DNA of 64,000 nt from the human T2T-CHM13v2.0 reference genome, Homo sapiens: assembly GCF_009914755.1 (NCBI RefSeq), contig NC_060928.1, one strand, 5' to 3'. The translations under genes were made by a program, and so were the position numbers. Positions 29,158 to 41,520 of this stretch are shown here, piece after piece (position 1 is the first letter of the stretch; every line of letters starts with the position of its first letter). The notes below the pieces were generated by a model. The model worked only from the letters and a program-made list of their open reading frames with translations. It was not told where the DNA came from and ran no database searches.

Positions 29158-29649
29158 ACTCTTCTAATTGATTCATCAAAAACTGGCTTTACAAAATGAG
29201 AATACAAAATTGTAACTATTTTCAAAAACACCTTATCTGTCAAAACATGTTTTGATTTTCTAGAGTGTATACAATTATTATTTCAATTGTAGTTGCAATG
29301 TATTTGGATTCTCTAGAAGCCTAATGTAATATTTGTGGTTTTTCAGAATAATCATTAGTGCTTTCAAAACCATTAAATGTCAACCCAGATGATATACACT
29401 GTGGAATCTGTATTGGGAAATCTAAAAGGAAGGACTGGACAGGATAAGGTTTGTAATGTCTCCCATTTCTAAAGCTTCCTCTAGGGCATTTTGGCCCATA
29501 GCTTCTTATGGCTCCAGCCATTTCTTAATGCACTGGTGGCCAAGCTGCCTAACGTGATTTTGCTACCATAATCACAGCCACTTGGATCAAAGGAGACGCC
29601 AGTCTCAAGGAATGATAATCCGTATGTTGAATGGAGAACTTTATAAAAT

Positions 29650-29865
29650 GTATTAATGTATTTAAAAACTGTAAAAAGAGTAGATTTTAAATGGTCTCCC
29701 CACAAACATTAAGTAGGTGAGGTGAGAGTTTAATTAGATTATTAATTAGATTAATTAGCTTGATTTAATCATTTTGCATTGTGTGTGTGTGTATATATAT
29801 AAACATCATATTGTACTGCATAAATATATACAATTATTATTTTTCAGTTAAAAAATTTAAAAAAA
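29650..29865 (+). mobile_element. L1MA-type 3' end
   Basis: aagagtagattttaaatg..aattagcttgatttaatcatt..aaacatcatattgtac. Confidence 0.75.
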
Positions 29866-30499
29866 GCCTTAATAATGACTGTTTTAGCTGACAGGGAAGA
29901 GATAACTAAATTAAAACTGTAATATTCTTTCAGTTGAGAACTTGAAATCCTTAAGTTATACAAAGCCAGTGTTTACTAGTAGCTGTCTAAGCTGAAAGAA
30001 ACAGGAAAAAAAGAGTATCAAAGGCAATATGGAGAAAAACAACAAAATTGATGATACTAATGCCTCTACCATTGCTACTACTAATAACAGTGAGTAGAAA
30101 TAACTGGTGAATAACAACAGACATGTAGAGGGAGCAGGTAATTACTGAAATGAAGAAGTAGTTCTTACTGCTGATTTCTTATCAGGACCATATCATCATA
30201 AGGTATCCTGGTTCCTAGAGCAAACTTAGACCCTGAATGACTTCTTGGTCTCTATCATTCTAATTTACAAGGGCCATGACTATATTGCAGTTCTGAATTC
30301 TATTTGGGTGGTCCGGATTTTCACAGGACTGGTTATAACAAGATTCACTTTTTTCTTATTTCCTTGTATCTTTTCAACCAACTCCCTTTTTCTAATATAA
30401 ATAAATTGATGTCTAAAAAGCCATAATACATAATTCAGTTAATCTAAGAGGGAGAATTAACATGATTTTAAGTATTTCTTTTTTGGCCTTTAAAATATA

Positions 30500-31000
30500 T
30501 AAATATAGATATCTGGTTTATTCATGATCATTGTTAAGTAGTATTTATTTGTTTGGACAGACCTATATTTTGTTATCCATTTTTGTGTTAATAATCTAAT
30601 CCTTCACCTTATATTTCTTTTAAAATAATCCTGCTATGAACAAGAATACTTTAGTATATGCCTCAGAGTGATTATGAGGAAGATTATTTTAAGAATATAA
30701 GCACTGAAGTACGGAAATGCTGAATCATGGGTTTTGTACATTCTTAACTTAGATGTTGCTTTCCAAAGTGGTTGCATTAAGGTACATTCCTCCTCCATAT
30801 CCAGCAGTACATAAAACTTCCCTTCCTCTGTATCCTTCTAATTTTCACACTTTCAATTGTTTATTGATATAAGAGATGTGAAATACTATGTGGATTTAAT
30901 TTCCATCCTTGATTATTAGAGAAGTTGAGAGTCTATTACCCGTCTATGTTTCTTCATTTGTGAGTTGGCTTTTTCATTCAGTAGGCTTATTTTTTCGTCA
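30500..31000 (-). mobile_element. Old L1ME-like fragment
   Basis: ctgctatgaaca..gctgaatcatggg..ttgctttccaaagtggttg. Confidence 0.65.
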
Positions 31001-32145
31001 GAGTACTTTTCCCAATAAAGGATTGCTTCAATTTAGTTTTTAAATTTGAGGGTAATGTGTTGGGCCATACTGTTAGTAAAAAGTTGAACTTTATACCTAT
31101 GTATATTCAAGTCTACATTTAGAAAATTTTTAGGAAGCTGTCTTTATCTCCCATTCAGAGTCTAGTCTGAGACAGGCAAGTTTTCACCATCTCTGTTTAT
31201 TGGAAGGTGGACTTCTCTTAGTTCACCTTAGTAAACCCTGAGGGTCCTAGCTTGTGTAAGGCATCCAAGTTCCAACCACCCAACTTGTGTGCTTGGGGAC
31301 TTATCTCCTTTCCCTGACATGTCCTTATTGTTAAAACAATAACCTTATTGCTTTAACAGGTCACAGAATTTGGCAAATGCCTGAATGCTGTTTTAACTTT
31401 AGTACCAGCTTACTACTGTGATGTGCTGTGTGGCTGCTCATGTAAGAAATACAACCCCCCGAAAAAGAAGGAAAAGGGAAAAGAAGGGAAAGGGAAAAGA
31501 AGAAAAAGAAAAAACAAATTGGGGGCCCTGGTTATGTAGGTGAAGCCTGACAAAAACAAACAAACAAACAAAAAGATAGTAAAACACCTACAAAAAGAAC
31601 TCTGCCAAAATGAAGACTTTGCTGTTTGGCATTACCACCCATGCTGTCTTTCTTAATGTCTTCCAAAAATTTTGCCTAGTCTACTGAGAAAACCTTCTTA
31701 ATTTTGACTGGGATGCAAAAACTGGCTTATGTGTATTCTGCACATGTGTTGACGATGAATTCCCTACAATTGTAAGCGAAAATCTGTAATTAAGTCTCTG
31801 TTGTTGCTATCTGATTTCATCCCACGTTTCCTATCTGGCATTTTAAAAACACAGGCCTCTAGGATTCCATGTGGAATGCTGTATCGTCCCTGACTGCAGC
31901 CCCTGTGTAAGCTTCCATGTCCTCTGCTTTTCTTTAACAGTTACCATTGCCCTAATCTCTTCAAGTTTTCAGAAATTTTTTGAAAGACCTTTTATACCAA
32001 TGCTTGCTCAACCTTCTTATTCTCCTCATTTTTTTTTCTATCAATTAAATGGAGGTTTTAGGGAAAGAATGTAGGTATATCCATGTGCTATGATCAGCAT
32101 CTTAAATAAAAGTTTCTGTTAACTAGCTGTGTACAAGTTGTTGGC

Positions 32146-32455
32146 TTTTTTATTTTTATTTTTTCAAAAACATGGTATTGCTCTGTTGCCCAGGCTGTAG
32201 TGCAATGGCACAATCTTAGTTCACTGCAGCCTCCAACTCCCAGGTCCAAGCGATCTTGCCACTTCAACCTTCCTCCCAAGTAGCTGGAACTACAGGCACC
32301 CATCACCACACCCAGATAAATTTTTATTTTTTATTTTTTAGAGATGGGGTTGCCCTATATTGCCCAGGGTGGTCTTGAACTCCTGGCCTCAAATAATCCT
32401 CCTGCTTGGGCCTCCCAAAGTGCTAAGATTACAGGCATGAGTCACCACACCCAGT
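32146..32455 (-). mobile_element. AluJ
   Basis: Antisense dimer with cactgcagcctccaactcc and tattgcccagg. Confidence 0.92.
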
Positions 32456-33719
32456 TTGTTCACAAGTCTTAATATGTTCTTAGAGTTAGAAGGCAATGTC
32501 AATAAATCAGTGATCCAGGTGTATAATCAGTCAATTAGAAAGTTAATTTCTCTTCTAGATGGATATCTACTTTTTACATTTATGTAGGAATGCAGACCTG
32601 GAATAATCAGATTTTAATTTTTAGAAATATAACTGCCATCAGAATTTTACATCAGATCTCCCACCTTATTAGTGTTGTCATATTATTCGACTTTACTTTT
32701 GTTGTCGTTGTGCAAGGTGAACAAAATATTTCTGCAGAAAGTCTCCAGAGTGCATGATACTAGTTCATGATCTCTGTTTTAGATAAGTGTTTCATATAAT
32801 TATTAAAAAATCTTCAGAATTCATTATTGTTCTCCACATTTATAGACAAACTGAGGGGCTTCAATAAGGTTAATGAGTTTTCCAGATGCACCAGAGAGGG
32901 ACTTGAAACATCTTTTAGGTCCAAATTATCTCACTAAATGGAAATGTTGTCCTATATATTCTTTGAAAATGCTGTGTATGTTTCTAAAACATATGTTGAT
33001 TTGGGGGAGTTTAAAGATTATCTCCAGATCGTCAAATAACTTGAACGCAGAGCCAGTGCTAACTGCTTTCAGTGTTAACCTCCTCATTTTTCAGGGTCTT
33101 GAAATTTGATTTCAGTTCTACCAACTCTACTCAAAAAAAGGCTAAGAGTAATATTTTAGGGAGCATTTTATTTTTATATGCAGCATATGAAAATTATTCT
33201 CATTAAACATTTCATGAACATGCTAATAATGAATGCGCTGTTTGCCAAGTGAAATTGTGTTAGTGTATGTGTCACCTATTCCTACACGTGGGGTTTTAAT
33301 GTGTTATGCTCAACAAATCAAGAACAATTTGAAATGCTTAATTGCAAATATTCTTTATTATTTTAAAGAGATATGGATTGTTAGCAAAATTTTTGCTGCT
33401 AATTTTCTACGATATTAAATACTTTGTTTAATGATTGTGTAAATGTAAAACCATGTTTCTATTTTTTATAAAACCAATTTGAATTCTGGATGAATAAATA
33501 GTGCATTATAACTCATTTCTTTTATATTTCAATCAGTTCAAATAATTATTTGACCAAAAGTTAGAAATTAGTTTATTCAATTAATATCAAATATTTCTAT
33601 ATATGTTTGTTTGTATTGTGTATACATACATACAGTTATGCACATATATATAATTAGAAATATATCAATTTTTCTTACAAAAAAATGTTATAGAAAATCA
33701 ATCTATGAAAGCTAGATCA

Positions 33720-34150
33720 ACTGTCTCTAGGATTACTGCCCAAGTGTCCCAACTAATCTTTCTAGTCCAATATTACTTTTCTTCCACTTATATTCCTGTT
33801 CCATACAGCAGAGTTTTAAAAAACATAACTCATATCTTGGCACTCCTCTACTTGCCACCTTCCAATAGCTTTCCATCAAACTAAGCATGAAAGTACAAAG
33901 CCTGCACTGGCCTGCCTGGCCCTACATAAATCTTTCTTTTACCTTCTTTTCCAACTCATCTTTTAGTAATTTCCCTTTCCTCATGACATTCCCACCACCG
34001 TGACAATAATGCCATCATCCAAAAACCTACCTTAGAGTTTCAGCATTTGCTGTTCTCTCTAACTTAAATTTTTGCCACAAGGCCTGGTTACCTTCTCAAA
34101 CAAAGCACCCTGTTTTATTTTTACCCTAATACATTACAGGTTTTAAAAAA
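33720..34150 (+). mobile_element. L2 fragment
   Basis: cactcctctacttg..ccttccaatagcttt..catttgctgttctctct. Confidence 0.6.
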
Positions 34151-35631
34151 ATATATGCTGACTCTTCATCTCTATTTTTTTATTTTTATGAAATTATAGC
34201 ATACTAAAGAAAGGCACACAAATCATAGTGCAGAGCTCAATTTACAAAGTGAATACATCCATCTAACCACCACCTAGATCAAGATAAGTGGACATTACCA
34301 GCACTCCAGAAATGCCGCTCATTCTCTCTCCCAGTCTGTTCCTCCTAAAAACAGCCACTGCCTCACTTTTATCTCCATAGATTATATTTTCCTATTTTAA
34401 CTTCAGATCAATGAAAGCTGTAGTTTAGTGCCTGACATTTAAAATTTATGAGTTAAAAATATAATATGAAATCTACCTGCACAAATTTTTTAGTGTACAG
34501 TATAGAATTGTTGACAATATGCACACTGTGGTACAGCAGATCTCTAGAGCTTTTTTGTTTTGCATGATTGAAGGTCTATTCCAATTGCAATTCCTTATTT
34601 CCTCTCCTCTACCTCTTGGCAATCAGCATTCTACTTTCTGCATCTAAGGCTTAAACTATTTTAGATATTTTATAAACTAGGAATCATGCAGTATTTGTCC
34701 TTTTGTGACTGGCCTATTTCACAGAACAAATTATCCTCAGGGTTCATTCACATTGCCACATGTGCCAGGACTTCCTTCATGTTTAAGACTGAATCATATT
34801 CCATTGTGTATGTATTCCACATTTTAAAAAATCCATTTATATGTGGGATGTACATTTAGGTTATTTCTACCTCTTGCTCATTGTGAATAAGGCTGCAATG
34901 AACATAGGAATGTAAAATATCAATTCAAGATCCTGATTTCCATTATTTTTAATAAATGCATAAGAGTGGAATTGCTGGACCATATGGTCATTCTATTTTT
35001 AATATTTTTGTGAAACCTCCATGCTGTCTTCCATGGTTGCTGCACCATTTTAGATGCCCATCACAGTATACAAGGATCCAAATTTCTCCACATTCTTATC
35101 AACACATTGTTCATTTGGGTGGGGAGGGCAGTTGTGTTTTTTTGTTTCTTATAATGAGCATCCTAACAGGCGCAAGGTGATAGCTCATTTTGGTTTTGAT
35201 TTGCATTTCCCCGATTATTTGTGATATTGAGCTTCTTTTCAAATACCTGTGGACCATTTGTATGTCTTCTTTGGAGAAATGTCTTTTCAAGTCCTTTGCC
35301 CTTTTATTAATTGGGGTATTTTTTTCAATTGTTGTTTTTGAGTTGCAGGAATTCCTTATAATTTTTGAATTCTGATGTCTTGACAGATATATGATTTGCA
35401 AATATTTTCTCCTCTTCCATGGCTTGCCCTTTCACACTGTTGATTGTACCTTTGCTGTGCAGTTGTGTCTTTGTTTTGTTTTGTTTTGTTTTATGGTTGA
35501 TGTAGTCTCACTTGTCTATTTTTGCTTTTGTGGCCTAGGCTTTGGGGTCATATCCAAAAAACTTATGCAAGACCAATATTGAGGAGATTTTCCCCTTTGT
35601 TTTCTTCTTGTATTTTACAGTTTCAGGCCTT

Positions 35632-36066
35632 TTATTTTTAATTTTTTTGGACAAATGGGATCACATCAAGTTGAAAAGCTTCTGAACAGCAAAGGATACA
35701 ATCAAGAAAGTGAAGAGACAACCCACAGAATGGGATAAAATATTTGCAAAGTACCCATCTGACAAGGGATTAATAACCAGAATATATAAGGAGTTCAAAA
35801 CAACTCCATAGAAAAAAATAATACAATAAAAAATGGGCAAAAGATTTGAATAGACCTTTCTCAAAAGATGACATACAAATGGCAAAGAGGCATATGAAAT
35901 GGTGCTCAGTATCATTTAATCATCGGAGAAATGCAAATCAAAACTACAATGAGATATTTTCTAACACCAGCTAAAATGGCTTATATCCAAAAGACAAACA
36001 ATAACAAATGCTGGTGAGGATGTGGAGGAAAGGGAACCATCAGATACTGCTGGTGGGAATATAAAT
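35632..36066 (+). mobile_element. L1MA1-3 ORF2 segment in opposite orientation to its own poly(A), flanked by a TSD
   Basis: T-rich tract 35632-35648, then sense DKWDHIKLKSF...; flanks CAGTTTCAGGCCTT (35618-35631) and CAATTTCAGGTCTT (36067-36080). Confidence 0.8.
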
Positions 36067-38113
36067 CAATTTCAGGTCTTAATTCAAGTCTTTAATTTAT
36101 TTTCAGTTTATTTTTGTCTGTGGTATAAGGATCCTAGTTCACATTTTTCCTTGTAGATATCCAGTTTTTTTTAACATCATTTGTTAAAGAAAGCATGGTT
36201 TTCTCCTTATGTATTCCTGGTACCTTAGTTGAAGATCAGTTAGCCATACATGCATGAGCTTATTTCTGGGCTCTATTCTGTGCATTGACCTATATGTTGC
36301 TTTTTATGCCAGTACCATATTGTTTTGTAATGTCATTTGAAGATAGGAAGTGTGAGGCCTCCAGGTTTGTTCTTTTTGTTCAAGGCTACTTTACCTATTG
36401 TGTCTTTTGTGGTTCCACACAAATTTTAGAATTTTTTTCTACTTCTGTGGAAAATGCCATTGAACTTTTCATAGCGATTGCATTAAATCTGAAGATCACT
36501 TTGAGCAGCACGAACATTTTAACAATATTGATTCTTTTGATTCATGAACTTAGGATAGCTTTTGATTAACTTCTGACTTTTTTAGTTTCTTTCATCAATA
36601 TTTTGCAGTTTTAGGGTACAAGCCTTTTACCTCCTTGGTTAAATTTATTCCTAAGTATTTTATAATTTTTGATGCTATTATAAATGGAATTGTTGTCTTA
36701 ATTTATTTTTCAGATAGAGTGTTGTTAGTGTATAGAAATGCACCTGATTTTTTATGTTAATTTTTAAATATACAACTTTACTGAGTTCATTTATTAGTTC
36801 TAACAGTTTTTTGATGGAGTCTTTAGAGTTTTCTATATATATGATCATTACATCTGTAGAGACAATTTAAATATTCCATTTCAACCTGGGAGTCTTTTAT
36901 TTCCATTTCTGCATAATTGCTCTGACCAAGACTTCCAGTAATATGTTGAATAAAAGTGCTGAGAATGGACATCCTTATCTTGCTCCTGAGCTTAGAAGAA
37001 AAGCTTTCAACTTTTCATCATTGAATTTGGTGTTAGCTGTGTGCTTGACATATATGGCCTTGTTATGTTGTGATACATTTCTTCTATACTTAATTTTTAA
37101 AAATGGTTTTTGTTATGAAAAGATGTTGAATTTTGTCAAATGCTTTTCCAGCTTCTATTGAGATGATCATATGATTTTTATCATTCATTCTGTTAATATG
37201 GTAAATCACATTTATTTATTTTTTGGGGTATGTTCAAACACCCTTTCATTTAGGGATAAATCACACTTGGTCATAAAATAGGATCCTTTTAATATGCTAC
37301 TGCTACTGAATTTGTCTTATTTATATATATCCATCAGAGATATTGGCCTACTGTGTTTTTTGTTATAGTCTTAGTCATTGTTTGGCATTAGGGTAATGCT
37401 GGCCTCAATGAGTTTGGAAGTGTTTCCTACTCATCAATTTTTTTAAAGATTTTGAGAAGACTAGGCATTAATTCTTCATTAAATACTTGGTAGAATTTTC
37501 CAGTGAACCCATCTAGTCCTGGATTTTTCTTTGTTGGAAAGTTTATTATTACCTTCAAAGGTAAAGATTCAATCATTTTACTCGTTATTGGTATTTTTGG
37601 ACTTTCTATTTCTTCATGATTCAGTCTTGCTAGGTTTTTATATTTCTAGGAATATAACCATTTTAGTTCAGAATTATCTTTTATGATCCAATTTATTGCT
37701 GGGTCACAAGTTGTAATGTCCCCCTTTTCATATGTGATTTTATCCATTTGAATCTTTTCTCTTTTTTTTTCTTCATATAGATAAATGTCTGTTAGTTTTG
37801 TTGATCTTTTCAAAAAACCTACCTTTAGCTTGGTTGATTCTTTAAAATTGTAATTTCTATTTCACTGCTTTTAATTCTAATCTTCATTATTCTCATCCTT
37901 CTGCTAGCTTTGGACATAGTTTGTCTTCTCCTTCTTTGTTTGAGGTGCAAATTTCTATCATACGAGATCTTTCTTCTTTTTTAAGTAGGCATTTATCACT
38001 ATGAGCTTACCTCAATAACGACTTTGTTGCATCCCATAGGTTTGGGTAGGTTGTGTTTCCATTTTCTTTCTCTCAAGATTATCTTCGAATTTCCCTTTTG
38101 ATATCTTTTTTAA

Positions 38114-40680
38114 TTATTTTATTTTATTTTCATTTTTGTGGGTACTCAGTAGGTGTGTATATTTATGGTGTGTTAGCCCATTTTCCTGCTGCTGATAAGG
38201 ACATTCCTGAGACTGGGAAAAAAAAAAAGAGGTTTAGTTGGATATGCAGTTCCACATGGCTGGGGAAGCCTCAGAATCATGGTGGGAGGTGAAAGGTACT
38301 TCTTACAAGTACCCTGATAAACCCATCAGATCTCATGAGACTTATTAACTATCACAAGAATAGCACAGGAAAGACTGGCCCCCCATTATTCAATTACCTC
38401 CCCCTGGTTTCCTCTCACAACACCTGGGAATTCTGGGAGATACAATTCAAGCAAAGATTTGGGTGGGGACACAGCCAAACCATATCATTGTGTGGCTGCC
38501 CCGTCCAAATCTCATGTCCTCCCATTTCAAAATCAATTATGCCTTCTTAGCAGACTCCCAAAGCCTTAACTCATTTCAGCATTAACTCAAAAGTCCCCAG
38601 TCGGAAGTCTCATCTGAGACAAGGCAAGTCCCTTCTGCCTATGAGCCTGTAAAATCAAAAGCAAGCTAGTTACTTCCTAGATACAATGAAAGTATAGGTA
38701 TTGGGTAAGTACAGCCATTCTAAATGGGAGAAATTGGCCAAAACAAAGGGGTTACAGGGTCCATGCAAGTCTGAAATCCCGTGGAGCAGTAACATTTTAA
38801 AGCTCCAAAATGATCTCCTTTGACTCGAAGTCTCACATCCAGGTCACACTGATGCAAGAGGTGGGTTCCCATGGTCTTGGGCACCTCCACCCCTGTGGCT
38901 TTGCAGGGTACAGCCTCCCTCCTGGCTGCTTTCAGGGTATGGCATTGAGTGTCTGTGGCTTTTCCAGGTTCACAGTGGAATCTGTCAGTGGATCTACCAT
39001 TCTGGTGTCTGGAGGACAGTGGCCCTCTTATCACAGGTTCATTAGACTGTGCCCCAATAAGGACTCTGTGGGAGGTCCGATCCCACATTTCTCTTCTACA
39101 TTGGCTTCGTAGAGGTTTTCCATGAGGGCCTGTCCCTGTGAAAAGTTTTGCCTGGTTATCCAGGTGTTTCCATACATCTTCTGAAATCTAGGCAGAGGTT
39201 GCTGAACCTCAATTCTCGACTTCTGTGCACCCAAGGCTCAACACCACATGGAAGCTGCTGAGGTTTGGGGCTTCCACCCTCTGAAGCCACTACCTGAGCT
39301 GTACATTGGCTCCTTTCAGCCACAGCTGGAGTGGCTAGAATACAGGGCACCAAGTCCCTAGGCTGCACACAGTGCAGGGACCTGGGTCCTGGCCCGTTAA
39401 ACCACTTTTTCCTCCTGGGTCTCTGAGCCTGTGATGGGAGGTGCTGCCCTTGAAGGTCTCTGACATGGCCTGGAGGCATTTACTCCATGGTCTTGGGGAT
39501 GAATATTAGGCTCCTTGCTACTCATGCAAAGTTCTGCACCCAGCTTGAACTTCTCCCCAGAAAATAGGTTTTTCTTTTCTATCACATAGTCAGGCTGCAA
39601 ATCTTCCAAACTTTTATACCCCAAATTATCTCTCTCAAGTTCAAAGTTTCACAAATCTCTAGAGCAGAGGCAAAATGCTTCCAGTCTCTTTGCTAAAACA
39701 TAACCAGAGTTACTTTGTTCCAGCTCCCAACAAGTTCCTTATCTCCATCTGAACCACCTCAGCCTGGACCTTATTGTCCATATCGCTATCAGCATTTTGG
39801 GCAAAGCCATTCAACAAGTCTCCAGGAAGTTCCAAAATTTCCCACATTTTCCTGTCTTCCTCTGAGTCCTCCAAACTGTTCCAATCTCTGCCTGTTACCC
39901 AGTTCCAAAGTCACTTCCACATTTTTGGTTATCTTTTCAGCAGCACCCCACTCCTGTTACCAATTTACTGTATTAGTCCATTTTTGGACGAATACAGTAA
40001 CAGGACTAATACAGTAACAGCAGACTAACTGCTGATAAAGACATACCCAAGACTGGGGGAAAAAAAAGATGTTTAAATGGACTTACAGTTGCACGTGACT
40101 GGGGAAGCCTCAGAATCATGGTGGGAGGTGAAAGACACTTCTTACATGGTGGCAGCAAGAGAAAATGAGGAAGAAGCAAAAGGAGAAATACCTGATAAAC
40201 CCATCTTAGTAACCATCACAAGACTTATTAACCATCACGAGAATAGCAAGGAAAAGACCAGCCCCCATGATTTAATTACCTCTCCCTGGTTCCCTCCCAT
40301 AACACATGGGAATTCTGGGAGATACAATTCAAATTGAGATTTGGGTGGGGGTACAGCCAAACCATATCCTATGAGGTACAAGATGTTTTGATACAGGTAT
40401 GCAATGTGAAATAAGTACACCATGGAGAAAATGGAATATCCATTCCCTCAAGCATTCATCCTGAGTTACAAACAATCCAGTTATACAACTTACAATTCAA
40501 AATTTACAATTAAGTTATTATTGACTATAGCTCCCCTGTTGCACTATCAAATAATAGGTCTTATTCATTTTTTCCAACTATATTTTCAACCCATTAATCA
40601 TTCACACATCTGCCACAGCCCCCACTACCTTTCCCAGCCTCTAATAATCATTTTTTTGCTCTATGTTTATATAAGTTCAA
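38114..40680 (-). mobile_element. L1MA2-like 3' end split by THE1A (38114-38168 and 40370-40680)
   Basis: tttttgtgggtactcagtaggtgtgtatatttatgg joins tatgaggtacaagatgttttgatacagg. Degenerate TSD TTGATATCTTTTTTAA / TTGATTTCTTCTTTGA (38098 and 40681). Confidence 0.85.
38169..40369 (-). mobile_element. Complete THE1A MaLR provirus: LTR 38169-38487, internal 38488-39968, LTR 39969-40369
   Basis: Two THE1A-type LTRs (gaattctgggagatacaattc) flank a 1.5-kb internal region; TSD TATGG/TATGA. Confidence 0.93.
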
Positions 40681-40697
40681 TTGATTTCTTCTTTGAT

Positions 40698-41332
40698 TAT
40701 TGGGATGCACTCAGGATGGTGGCAGAAGTATTAAAGGGAAATATTAGGGAAAGTTATAGGAAATAGTCACAAACCTTTTGGAAAGCTGAAAGGTTACATA
40801 GCTTGTAATAATTGAACAGGCTGAAGGCAGCTGGTTCTTAACTTAGAGCATTAGGTCATAGGGTAAATACTAGGGACAACAGAGGCTTCCCCAGTTAAGT
40901 CTGTTTACCCTACCTCCATTAACTAACCTTTGAGCCAGATGGTCCTCTCGGTGGGGAGGTCGACTAGAGATATTGCCCCCTAATGGTATTTACTTTAGAC
41001 TGGGGTATCTGAGCTTTAATCATTCATAGAACTGCTCTCTTAACCATGTTAATTATCCTCAAGTGTGTTTACTCAAAGCTTCTGTTGTTAATTCTGTTCT
41101 AAATAAATGCCTGGAGTGTGAGCTGCTCAGGGCTGGCTGGAGTGACAAATCTTTCTTGGTGTGCAGGTAGTCGGACACTCAGCTGGATTGGCAAAGCAGA
41201 ATATTTGTGTGTCAGTGTACGTTTTATTCATCCATCATTTGGGTCAGGGTCTGCGAGAAGACCCCCGCAGCTAAGGCCCTCTTGTGAGGAGCAATACCTC
41301 CATTGGTGCCCCATGTGAGGAGCCATACCACA
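40698..41332 (+). mobile_element. Solo LTR22-type (HERV-K22/HML-5) LTR with PBS-containing 3' extension
   Basis: Starts tattgggatgcactcaggatggtggcaga; AATAAA at 41102; gggtctgcgagaagacccccgca; tRNA-Met-type PBS TGGTGCCCCATGTGAGGA at 41304-41321. The host L1 resumes at tttgacccattg. Confidence 0.8.
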
Positions 41333-41520
41333 ATTTTTGACCCATTGATTGTTCAAGAATATGTTGTTTAATTTTCACATAATTCTGAATCTTCTAGTTT
41401 TCCTTCTGCTATTGATTTCTAGTTTCATTCCATTGTTATAAGGAAAGATAGTTTGTATGATTATGATCTTCTTAAATTTCTTCAGACTTGTTTTGTGGTC
41501 ATACATGTGATCTATCCTGG

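Noticed and set aside
28867-29179. ORFs with poly-Tyr/poly-Ser and Alu-like peptide
   Set aside because: Antisense Alu and its trinucleotide tail.
29321-29521. Minus-strand 66-aa ORF with an internal acceptor-like site
   Set aside because: No homology I recognise and no matching donor.
31608-31687. MKTLLFG... signal-peptide-like short ORF
   Set aside because: Only 25 codons, no splice donor at the expected position and no recognisable family.
38720-40028. Cluster of 67-122 aa ORFs
   Set aside because: Fragments of the THE1A internal region; no intact long ORF.
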